A stretch of DNA of 64,000 bases from Cirrosporium novae-zelandiae (taxonomy: Eukaryota), in contig JAPETS010000001.1 in NCBI GenBank assembly GCA_026023565.1, forward strand, positions 1,674,001 through 1,738,000, given 5' to 3'. The position numbers were made by a program, and so were the translations under genes. How positions within the stretch are numbered: position 1 is the stretch's first letter; every line of letters starts with the position of its first letter. A model generated the notes under the pieces. That model saw only the letters and a list, made by a program, of their open reading frames with translations. It was not told the origin of the DNA and made no database searches. Below, piece after piece: positions 53,044 to 64,000 of this stretch.

Positions 53044-53767
53044 ATAAGGATCCCGGCATGCTTTATCTGTTTGCATATGGAGCTTGGTGTCACGAACTCA
53101 CTCTTTTGACCAGATATGGCTTGGAGTTCACGGGAAGGAGGAATGTGTAACGCGAGAGATATTAGCATGATGATTGTTTAGTATATAAGTATAATAAATC
53201 ATCAAGAGTTTCCTCTTGAACGGTGATGCAAGACCTCCCAAATAGGGAACCGGTCACTGCAATCGTCATGAGATGGTTACCATAAATGGGTTATGATGAG
53301 CTTTTACTTACGACTAGGAATCACGTTAGATCTTCCGCTGATTCTAAATGAAGAGCATGAAATATATGCCCTAGAGAGATGATCACCCGACCGAGGGTCC
53401 GATATTGAAGGTCAAGAGATGCATTGTGATTCAACGACTTTCGTAGAGCAGATTTCGGGGCGCTCGGGCCGATCGGGTGAGAATGAGAGAACCATCAACC
53501 ATACGTCAGACTTCATATGCCACCTCCATTCACAGGTAGAATGGATGGAATTGATATTAATACCTGCTTAGGCAGTTTGTTCTGTCTTTCACTTAATTAT
53601 TTAAATGGGCTATTCTTCTTTTGACAGGCTTGATAATTTATAACCAGCGACGGCGAAAAACCAAAGGTATGTATAACTCCCTCATTAATCTACCTAGGTA
53701 GATATATATATTTACTCTTGGGTGACAATGCATAGATCATGGCTGAAATTGGAAAGCAGAACAAATC

Positions 53768-54220
53768 ATGTCAACCTCGACCATACCTCGTACCGCTACA
53801 ATTGAAAAGAAAAAAACCTTGCATCCCATAAAACAAGCCAAGATCGAACGGAGCATGACCCGGCTGGTACACCGAGACCTGTCCCCAGATCTCGCTCTGG
53901 GTGAGAAATTACCTACCCATTTCAACAGAGCAGCAGACCTCCAGATAAAGTACTAACAAGGAAATCTCCCAGTCCTCGAAGATAGTGCATGCATTTTATG
54001 CTTTGAAACCCCAGTGCCCGAAACAGAATATCGTCAACTTCCTTGCGAGCACATCTTCCATCTCGAATGCATTGACCAATGGATGACGAGTCGAGACGCG
54101 AGCTGTCCCCTGTGTCGGGCTGATTTCTCAGGTCTACCTGGGATCAAATCTTGTTCATCAGCTTCTTCACGGATACACCTGGGCAAGGAAAGGTTGGTGA
54201 ATATATTGAGAGGTCGATAA
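53768..54220 (+). CDS. Small RING-H2 zinc-finger protein (2 exons)
   Basis: An intron at about 53901-53972 (GTGAGA...CTAAC...CAG) yields CILCFE...LPCEHIFHLECIDQWMTSRDASCPLCR. The start codon is uncertain. Confidence 0.75.
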
Positions 54221-54743
54221 TGGGTTATACTGCAGGATTTCAAATTGTCATGTCTGGCCATGCCTGGTTATGCCCGGTAGAATGGGTAGGATTTCTGTAT
54301 TTAGTAATTATAAGTCGTGTAATGGGGGGTATGGCATTTCGTGCAAAGATCTTACTGTGGAAAGTATAAGAAGTGTATAAGAAGTAATTAATTAATTGAT
54401 TGCTTACTTGCTGTAATTTATTGGTGTTGGCTGGGCTTAGTGGGCATCTAGAACCAGCCCCCAACATCATTATTCTTTCGCATGTGGCATCCCCAGGCTT
54501 AACATTCCATCACATCCAAATCTCATCTATGCAAATATTTCTTTTTATTTCACAATCAATTTTCCATGCGATTCAAATACCTAATAGGCTGATAAATTGA
54601 AGATCGGGTACGAAATATTCGGTATAGTTCATCATTTTATTGCTTTGCTCTCCAACTCATTGCCTCCATTGGTTTAGGATGGATGTCGGAAGACAATTGA
54701 ATTGTCGCCTTACCTTCAAATATCTCTAACTTACCTTGTAGGA

Positions 54744-57226
54744 ATGGAGCATAATCCCAATGAAAGTGGAGTAGCGCCTTCAAGGCATAGCTCCACTATA
54801 TCCAAGGACCGTATCATCAGGCGTCAACGTGCTCTTAGAGCTTGCGACAAGTGTAGAGCGTCCAAAACAAAAGTTGGAATTTCACCAGAAATAAATAATG
54901 GCTGGATTGAATCTAATTCGCTGACACATCTGCTAGTGTGAAGGTCAAAAACCTGTGTGTGCGCGCTGCGAAGGGTACGGTTATCAGTGCACCTGGTCCC
55001 ACAAGAGTCTGTCCAAAGGTTCCCATGATACTTCTATCCTGGAAAAGAAGTTTAGAGACCGCCAGGCGTTATGTCAAGCAATCAATTCTTATGAGACTCT
55101 CATAAAGTCCCTTCAAGCTGGTCTAAATGACTCCGAGAGCAGCGCAGTAGATTCGACAATCGCTTCCATCCGCCAACAGCTTCCAGAATATTACCGTCAC
55201 CCGTTCGAGCGCCCTGAAAGTTTGCCAAAAACGCCTGTTAGACTAAGTAGTATTACCAGTCAAGATGAACCTAGTGAAGATACTTTAGCAGACCAAAGTT
55301 ATTTAGGAAAAGCTAGCGATATCCATTTCTTCAATACTGTCAAGGGCATTCTAGATGAACAGGATTCATCAGATGGCACCGTACTAGAAAAGGGGATACT
55401 AAGTTACAATCAAGCAAGTCTTTACGGAAAGATACCGGATGCCCCCAATCGCTCACTTGTGCTACCGTCTAAAGAGAATGCAGATAACTTTGTGGAGATA
55501 TACTTTTCCACCATTCATCTTGCTTACCCATTTGTCTGTAAGTCGGATTTTCTGGCCGCCTACAAAAAGTTCTGGGATGATGGCCCCCACAACACGAAGA
55601 ATGGTTCATGGCTTCCTTTACTATGTAAGGACTTGCTGGTGATAAGGTTATAAATACTGATAGGTATAGACACAATTTTTGCTATCGGTGCTTTTTATAC
55701 TTCGTTCCCTCACAAGGGGAATGATGATCCAAATATTCATGCTCGTTATTTTGAGCAAGCATTGCTCTACGGCCGTGTTACAGGGGAATGCTCATGTCAG
55801 AATGTGTGTGTGCTTCTTGCTCAATGCTTCTATTTGCTTGCTATTTGTCAAACTGATAGGCAAGTTTCATTTCGATCAAAGTCATTGTCAAGCTGATGAT
55901 ATTAGATGTTGGAATATCCTTGGCCTCGCCATTCGTATGGCACAGAGCATTGGATTACATGTTGAAGACCCAGGATTAAAGTTTACGAACCGTGCTAATG
56001 GCGAACGACGAGAGATGGGAAGACGAGCTTGGTATTCCTTATATGTCCTCGATCGACTTTTAGCCCTCCAATTGGGTCGCCCCGTTGCTATTCATGAGAA
56101 GGAATATTTTGTCCATCTGCCAACGGACAATACACCAGCCGAGAATATGTCGGACCAGATCAGCTCAAGTTCGGATAGTAGACCTGCAGTTCTCATGTAT
56201 TTTATACAGGTCATTCAATTTTCCAGGATTATAGGTCGTGTAGTAACCGAGTTTTACCGACCTACCCAGACAGAAGTCTCCCCCGACGATCTTCTATCTT
56301 TCACATCGCTTCTGGACAACGAACTTTTAAGCTGGAAGGCTAATTTACCACGATATCTACGGTTCGATCTAGGTCATACCTTTGAACAAGGCGATGGTTT
56401 CAGGAGACAGGTAACTACTGATGTTTCGGCAGAATGGGTTGATCAGTACTAACGCTTTTGATGGCAGCGCAATATGCTTGCAATCAAATTCCACCATCTC
56501 CGTGGGCTAATTCATCGTCCATATCTCTGTCTTTCGTGGCTGCAGCGTGACAATGCCCCCTTTCTTGACTTTTACCGAAGAAGACGAACCGAAGTCGAAA
56601 AGGCCGAAGCGATATGCGTATTAGAAGCACAAGAAACCGCTCATCTGCTTCACAATGTCTTTGACGAAAGAAGTTTAATACATAACTTTCCTTGGTGGCA
56701 GATGATCTCTTGCTTAATATGCGCGAGCTCCATTCTCCTGGTTGCTAGTGCCTGTGTTCAGAAGGACCAGATCGCTGGAGAATTGAAGTCTCAGACTCTA
56801 GATGAGGATGCCGAGACCTGTCTCAAAGTATTTGATGCGCTTAGCACCAACTCCAGTGGTGCTCGGCAAGCGATGAAGATGATGACAGCGTTAAAGAAAT
56901 TGAAAACCTTGTCGGGAATTTCTAACATCGATGACCTGCTCCTAGATCTTTCAGATCCCCAACTAGATCGGAATAGCAGGGGGGCACCTGGTAAACACGG
57001 TATCAACCCTATGCCCAGGTCCGTCTACAGTGGCGTGTATCCGGGTCCGGCAGAGTCCATAACTAACTTGCAGAATTCAAGTGCAAATACGATGAATTGG
57101 CCCTGGTGGTGTAGTGAAATATCGGATTCCATGGTCTGGTCCTCCCAGTTTCTTCTCAACCAGCCGCTCGGCAACTCGCAGCTGGTGCAACAATACCCCG
57201 CGACAGATACTATCTCGGAAAACTAG
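54744..57226 (+). CDS. Zn(II)2Cys6 transcription factor with Fungal_trans (middle homology) domain, multi-exon
   Basis: RACDKCRASKTK | CEGQKPVCARCEGYGYQC; YFSTIHLAYPF; GLAIRMAQSIGLH; RRAWYSLYVLDRLLALQLGRP; FPWWQMISCL. Confidence 0.9.
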
Positions 57227-57349
57227 CCCCAATAGTAAAACGTTGTTTGAGTAGCGATTGCAATAACATGCTTATATTAAAGAGAATATCGTTGGCTATA
57301 TAAAATATGTTATTATCGTAAACCTAGAATATACCTAGGTAGGTAGGGA

Positions 57350-57685
57350 TAGGCTACATCAACAGTTTAGTTGATGGACTAGACTGACTAGACCGACTCC
57401 CTTGGTTTGGTCGGTCTATTAAAAATTGAGGCCTGGTCTGATCTATAGACTGTTGGTTATATAGTATCACGTGGAAATAAAATAAGGTGTACGAAATGAA
57501 ATACCGAGCTCCGATACTCTAAAATATATCCCCCCCACTCTATAATTCGTATTTATATAGACCATATAGACTTTGGGCAATCAAAATCTGATCGGTCTAT
57601 CAAAAAACTCGGTCTGGTCGGTCTGGTCTATCCAAAAGTTTGGTTTGGTTGGTTTAAGGTCTATAGACGGTCTATGGTAGCCCCA
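57350..57685. mobile_element. Degenerate foldback / MITE-like non-coding element
   Basis: GACTAGACTGACTAGACCGA (~57378) is the reverse complement of TCGGTCTGGTCGGTCTGGTC (~57609) apart from three C-to-T transitions. Many GGTCT/AGACC sub-repeats flank an AT-rich core. A related segment lies at ~39475-39550. No clear target-site duplication. Confidence 0.4.
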
Positions 57686-57867
57686 AGCTCCTCAGCTCTT
57701 AAGCCATGTCTATAAATGAACGCATATTAAATTTCCCCCTTCTTTTATTATACATTAGGCAATCCTAAGTTCACATGTCATGCATCAATCAAAAACACCA
57801 GCCATAGACTTTTTCTACTCCATCTCTTGACCTCCCTGTCAAAGATCTGCGACATTACCAACGCTTC

Positions 57868-59971
57868 ATGGAAAGAAACAAAGCCAACCAAATAACTGCT
57901 GCGGCTGTAGATGAAAAATTTGTGGAGAAATATTCCTTTTCCAGCCCTCTCTTCGACCCTGGACTCTCCGATACCTCATCAGTTTCTTGTCGGTTGAAAT
58001 CTAATTACACGTCCTCCAAGTCTGCGTCGTTGCAGGTCCTAGAAATCGCAAATGGGGAATGCAGTAAGAATCTATGATAAAGAAGCAATGAAGATATTAG
58101 CTTATTTATATAAGGCCTTCAGGAATGTTCAGCCCTTGAGCTAATTGATTCGAGTTTGGATGGCTCTTTTAACTCGGTCGAGAATACGGTACAGATGAGA
58201 ATAATATAGTGCGTAAATAGCTAATGAGATGGGACATAGGATTTCTCAGGTCGTTCACGAATCGTGTAATGCCTAGCCTGAATACGAGATGGATGATCAT
58301 AATACTAACATGAAATCTATAGATTTCTTCAACAAAATCCTGAAGATCAACCTAAAGTCCCTCAAACGGCGATTGATTTAGTTCGGATATTTGAATTCCT
58401 GAGGATACCCCCAGCTTATCTCGAAGTGCTGACAGCATATAATGGGATTCATTCAGCCGTCACTTCATATTCGGAGCATGAATCCACACCTGAACTATTC
58501 GGTCCGTCTTGCATATCCTCATATGAACTCCATATATAAAAGAAAGCCCCATTGCTTAGACCTCTCCTCCTTAGAACTCCTCATTTCAATGCCCGCCATA
58601 TTCTGCATCATCGGATCGATTTATTTCCGCTACGTCATCCTTACCAACACCACCACCCTCTTCATCTTCACCCCTTACACCACCAAGCTAATCACTGCTC
58701 TAACTCAAATCTACCGCCCATCTCCTGCTTCTCATTCCAACCCCTCCACCCCCACTGACCTCTTTACCATCTTCGCAATCATTCTCACCCAGTTCCGCAC
58801 CTCCCTGGATGAAGAACACAAGAGCCTCCACCAGGAAATCTGCGACTTCGAATCTCAGACAGGTCTCATATTTTACCACGGTGGGAAAAGTCTCCCAGAG
58901 ACCTTGCGGCAGGAATATGGCCAGCTAAAGAGAGGTCCATATGAGTACGACGGAAGCATTTTGCTATTGGAGTGGATTACTAGGTTTCAGATCGGGTTAA
59001 CGGAGTTTCTGTTGGAACAACATAAAGTACTCATAGGATTGATTAGCGAACACGCTTCCTCCCCTTCTCCCCTAAAACTAGAAACAGAAACTAAAACAGC
59101 CTGTACCCCCTCCTCTCCTCCTTCTCTTCCACCACACACCACGCAAAAAACAATCTCCTCCCTAACCCTCCACTTTTCATTCTTAACGCACAACCTCACC
59201 CATGTCCTGCGCCTGCGCAATCGCGCCCGCATCCAGCTAAATGTAGTGGAAAGTTCCATTACCCAAAACGAAAACCTGACCAACATCTCGATTGCTGAAT
59301 CCACACGGAAGGATGAAGTGGCGATGAAGGAGATTGCTGAATCTATACGGAGGGATAGAGTGGCGATGAAGGAGATTGTGGCGGTGACGATGGCATTTTT
59401 GCCGGCTACCTTTGTTGCTGTAAGTAAAGTCTCCTTTACTATTTCCGAAGGAATGGCTATCTATTATCAAAAAAGCGCAGAAAAAAACCTAGCTTGGCTT
59501 TTTTTTTCATATTCATCACCACATATCATCCATCCATCCATCCATCCACCAACCCATACCCAAACACCCCAAAAACCAACCCGTAGCCTTATTTACCCAC
59601 ACTCACACCCATACTCATCCAAAAACCACAAACGGACCTTCTTCTCCATGTCCTTTTTTCACAATGGTCCCGAAACCTCCCAATCCGCAATCCACTCCAC
59701 CGTTTCCAAAAATCGGTATCTCTATCTCGCATTTACGATTCCGCTTACGCTGGTTGTCGTTGTCGTTTGGATTGGCTGGATTAGATGGAAGGATGAAGGG
59801 AAAGGGGTGGGAAAGAGGGGGAAAGAAAGAAGGAGGAGACAGGGGGGGGATGTGGATGTTGGTGTGGATTCGGAGTGTACGGGGATAGAGGGAAAGGAGA
59901 ATGGGGATGGGAGTGGGGATTGGGTGGTGGTAGAGGGGAGGAGGAGGATGAAGGTCGTTGTTGGTGGATAG
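57868..59971 (+). pseudogene. CorA-like fungal membrane protein, probably degenerating
   Basis: C-terminal signature IAES-RRD--AMKEI---TMAFLPATFVA...TFFSMSFF...YLAFTIPLTLVVVVVW. The 5' region shows no clean start or open exon chain, and the last intron acceptor reads CGG instead of CAG. Confidence 0.55.
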
Positions 59972-60623
59972 TAGAATCAGAATCAGAATTAGAATTAAAA
60001 AAAACCTAGAAACTAGAAGCAGCTAACAACTAGAGGTATAGGAATGGGAATAAGGATTGATTATACGAAGAGCAATCAATAAAGCAAAAATCAATTAAAT
60101 AAACCATCATAATCCCCAGCATCACATGGTAAACCCCGTAAAGTAAAGGAATAGATATTATTACTATATTATTACCATACCATACCATACCATACTGTAT
60201 CCCCCACGTTCTTTTCTTGGCTTTGGCCTTTTTAGCTTTTTTTGGCTTAATTGTGTTAGGAAGGGAAAAAAAAAGTATAGAAGATATCACGATATCAAGA
60301 TGTAAAAGGATATCTATCTATCGGTAAAGACGATTAAATCCTTTTTTTTTTTTTTTCGGTCCTTCTATTTCTCTCATATATAAAGAAGGGTTGTTGTTGT
60401 TGTTGGAGAAAGGGAAAGGAAAGGGAATGGGGTTTGGATTTGGGACATGGGGTATGGGATATAGGGTATCATTGATTTTTTTCCTGAGAGAGGGTCGGGG
60501 AGGTAGAGCTTAGGTGTATTTACACAATTACATCCCTCTTCCTATATCCTATATCATATCACGCACAAATAAAAAAACCAACTCCCAAAGACGCCCCCCC
60601 CAACCCCCAACCCCGTTTCCCAC

Positions 60624-62371
60624 TCAATAAGTATACCTAAACCCCTCATTCTCCCCATCTGTCCTATCCTCCCTATCCACATCCAACCCTACCATCACCA
60701 CTTCATTAACCCCTCCCACCCCCACCTCCCCAAACACCCGATCCCTCCGCTTATTTTCAAAGAAGCAGATGGCCCAGTACGCTAATCCGCAGGCGGCCAT
60801 AACGGCGAAAGAAAAAAGCATGGCGCCGATTCCTAAAGAGTAGGTTGGTGATTGGCTGTCGAGGAAGAATTGGGGGCCGATTATGTTGCCGACGGCTGTG
60901 GAAGAACGGGAGAGGGAGGTTAGTTTAAGAGAATGTGGGCGTGGGTATGGGAGGGAAGGATGAGGTTGAGAGGCTTACCGTAGAAAACGGCCGTGGAGAC
61001 GGAGACGAAGCTTTTTTTCGTCATGCCGGCGGTATTGGAGGTTTGGAGGCTTAGCATTAATACCCAGGGAACGTTGTAGAAGCCCATCAGATAGACTCCC
61101 GCGAGAGAGGCGTCCCTGGAGGTGGTGGCGTCAAGCAGGTGAACCATGATTGCCCCTGCGAGAGCAACCAGGCTTGAGAGCACCCAGAAAATGCAACGAA
61201 GGTTTGGTACGAAGAAGGTGATTGTGGTGAGGATTGTTTGGGAAACCATGGCCACGGCGGCTTGTGGGGTTGCCATCAGGGTGGTTTTGGCGGTTGAGAA
61301 GCCGTAGCCGGCTATGATGAGGGGGTTGAAGTTCGTCACGCCTGCGTTGGTGATTGCTTGGGCGATGATGAAGATGGCTACGGTCCAGTATTTGAGGTCC
61401 TGGAGGGCTTCGATGACTTGCGATTTTTTCCAGGCCTGGAGTGTCGAGAAGGTTAGTGAAAGGTGGATGGGAGGGATGCGTAATGGGCGTTTATACTTTC
61501 TTATTCTCAACACCAGTCTGGTTTACTGCGGTCCTGAGCACAGCAAGTTCCTTTTCTTTCTCGCTCAAGAACCATGCCTTTGCCGGGGAATCAGGCAATA
61601 AAAATATGACGGCGATTCCCACACCTATCGTAACGGATCCATATATTATGAAAATATACTGGTCCAGTTAGCCTGAATTCTATCTGGACTGGCGCATTCG
61701 GCCTGCTCAATACTGACCCTCCAGGTTGACAGGGCGCCATGGATGTTTTTACCGATAGCATAACTAAGAATTCCTCCAAACACTCCGGCAAACGTGTTAT
61801 ACCACAATGCCGTTCTCAATGGTTGCTCCTCTTTGCAATACCACATGGAGTTCAGAACCATGAAGCAGGGTAACATCCCGGCTTCAAAAACACCGAGAAG
61901 AAATCGAATAGTAGCGAGGCCCGCGAAATTGCTACAAGCTGCCATACAGCAGAGAGCAATTCCCCAACATGTGAGTGAGCCACCTACCCACTTTCCAATC
62001 GGGACCCTCGAAAGCAGCCATAACGTGGGGAATTCCATCCCAAGGTAACCAAAATAAAAGATGGACCCAAGCCAGCTGTATTCTTGACCTTTCAGATGCG
62101 CGTCAGTCTTCATTCCCCATACTGCTGCATAGGCCATGCCATTCTAGATTTCTTTTAGCAATAGCTCTGTAAATGAAATCTGGAGGCTCACCTTGTCGAG
62201 AAATGCAAGAGTCATGGCAACTATTAAGATTGGCATAATGACGGCATCGGTTTTTCTCAGGATCCGTCTATTCACCGCAGGCGACAGATCTTCAAAAGGA
62301 ACAGCTTCAACAAATCGAGAGTCGGAGCCCTCAATGTCCTGTTGGACACCATGTTTATCATCCGTTGCCAT
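60624..62371 (-). CDS. MFS anion:cation symporter, Dal5/allantoate-permease-like, multi-exon
   Basis: Motifs RILRKTDAVIMP, FLDK, YSWLGSIFYFGYL, RFLLGVFEAG, WYCKEEQPLR, NTAGMTKK, GNIIGPQFF and DRTDGENEGFRYTY*. Confidence 0.9.
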
Positions 62372-63053
62372 TATAAAACCTAGCTAGTTGGTATATGCGG
62401 GAAGCAATGAGATGAAGCAGCCAGCACCCTGAGTCTATTTTGGCAGACCCAGGGTATTTGTAAGTTGTTCTGACAATCCATTGCTATGAAGAAAGGGTAG
62501 ATATCGCAAATAAGTCAGGATTAGCACGTAATTGTGAGATTCGTAGATAACTATATCAAGATAGGACAGGTCCGAAGATATTAACAAGATAGGTTGTCAT
62601 AAATTTGGAGAAATGCCAATGGCAAGATCTTATTTGCCCGGCAATGTGGTTTGACTTTCGGTAGCGTCCGAGGTGGATCCCTGTGCCTGAAATGTGGGCT
62701 ACTAGTTCCAATGCCAAGAGTATCCAGCTTGCATCACCTTCTGGTCCAATCACTTGTCAATAAAATCCATGTTTTTTTCACATTCTAAAAGATCCCATGT
62801 AATGTGGGAGACTGATGTGCGCTTGTATGAAGATCAAATCCACTCGAGTATTCCCATTATTTGGTTCCCCATTCAACATTAGCTCAAGGGACCTGACCGA
62901 AATACCGGCCTAATGTCATGCCCTGTAGCATCATCTCTAGTATATATAAGTAGATAGGAAATTCTCTTTAGATATATATCGACAACTCGGCCACTTCTAA
63001 CGTTGTAAAATCTGCGACAACGACCACCTTAAACTTCAGAGAAATCACAAATT

Positions 63054-64000
63054 ATGAGCTCGGATAAAAGCAACGGGGCCATTGGCTCAGGTGCCACGCA
63101 TGCTGTCATACACAATGACAAAAATAATACTGTTCTAGTAAAGCCTTCAACAATACTCAGGGGTCCTCCTTAGCTGACCGGGATCTTGCAGATTGGAATG
63201 CGGGATGGAGTGAGCGGAAAGTTCGAATTGTTTCCCCGAGACCAAGCAAAGATCTCAGTATTCGACTCCAACTTTCTAATCGGAGACGGCATATGGGTAA
63301 GCCTTGTCTTGTCTTGTCGAATACCAGACTAACCCTAACCAGGAAGGCTTACGTGCTTACAAAGGACGCGTACAATTCGCCCGGGAGCACATAAATCGTC
63401 TCTTCCAAGCAGCCAAGGCAATGTATATGGACCTGGGAATCTCAAAGGGAGGATTGCTTGATCTTATCCACAATACGTTGGATGCCAATGAGATGCAGGA
63501 TAGTACCGATATTCACATTCGACTTGTTGTGAGCCGGGGCCTTAAATCGACACCCTACCAGAACCCTTCTGTGAATATCGGACTTCCTCTAATTGTCATC
63601 ATGCCCGAATATAAAGCTGTAGATCCCCTGGCAAAAACCAAAGGACTTCGACTTGGAACCTCGCACATTCGTCGTGGCCCTCCCGATGTCAAGGATGAGA
63701 TGTGGAATCATATTTCCAAGGCTACCGATGTTCAGGCGTGTATAGGAGCAAATATCAACGGAGTGGATGAAGCCCTCATGCTAGATCCGCATGGATTTGT
63801 CAAGACTTGTAATTCCACCAATTTCTTCATCGTCAGAGAAGGTGTAGTATGGTCACCAACAAAATCCTATCAGATGCAAGGCATCACTAGGCAAAGGATT
63901 ATTGATATCTGCCGAAAATCTGGAATACCAGTGTTGGAAATTGATTTCTCTTTGACAGAAGCCTATGGCGCAGATGAAGCGTTCTGCACGGGAACATTTC
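63054..64000 (+). CDS. PLP-dependent aminotransferase class IV (BCAT/D-amino-acid aminotransferase fold), 3' end beyond the window
   Basis: Absent from the ORF track. Manual splice: MSSDKSNG...TVL | IGMRDG...AKISVFDSNFLIGDGIW | EGLRAYKG...EHINRLF...IRLVVSRG...WNHISK...DEALMLDPHGFVKTCNSTNFF...GITRQ...ADEAFCTGTF. Confidence 0.88.

Noticed and set aside
1..64000. CRISPR arrays, rRNA, intact tRNAs, transposase or reverse-transcriptase ORFs
   Set aside because: None recognised. The repeats present are microsatellites or short degenerate elements.

Overview
Eukaryotic DNA from a filamentous ascomycete (Pezizomycotina-like: short GT-AG introns with CTRAY branch points, Zn2Cys6 regulators), with about 20 protein-coding genes. 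The centrepiece (10.4-36.6 kb) is a five-gene ferrichrome-family siderophore cluster. It comprises a SIT/ARN uptake transporter, a ~4,727-aa SidC/NPS1-type NRPS (A-T-C-A-T-C-A-T-C-T-C-T-C), a divergent short-chain dehydrogenase, an IucB/SidF/SidL-type N5-hydroxyornithine acyltransferase and an ABCB exporter, with perfect SreA-type ATCWGATAA boxes in two promoters. No ornithine N5-oxygenase is visible in the window. The exporter, the embedded SDR and a small-residue A3 pocket (DVSSSGAVGK) suggest a secreted ferrichrome-type compound with a non-acetyl acyl group. Flanking genes are a Zn2Cys6 TF divergent from a hydantoinase-DUF917 fusion, a DUF4598-like protein, a spliced 67-aa RGG/Cys-tail micro-protein, a WW protein, an OYE, a GFA protein, a DHA1 MFS, a LaeA-like methyltransferase, a small RING-H2, a second Zn2Cys6 TF, a decaying CorA-like gene, and a Dal5-like permease divergent from a class IV aminotransferase cut by the window edge. 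All calls come from reading motifs by eye; no searches were run.
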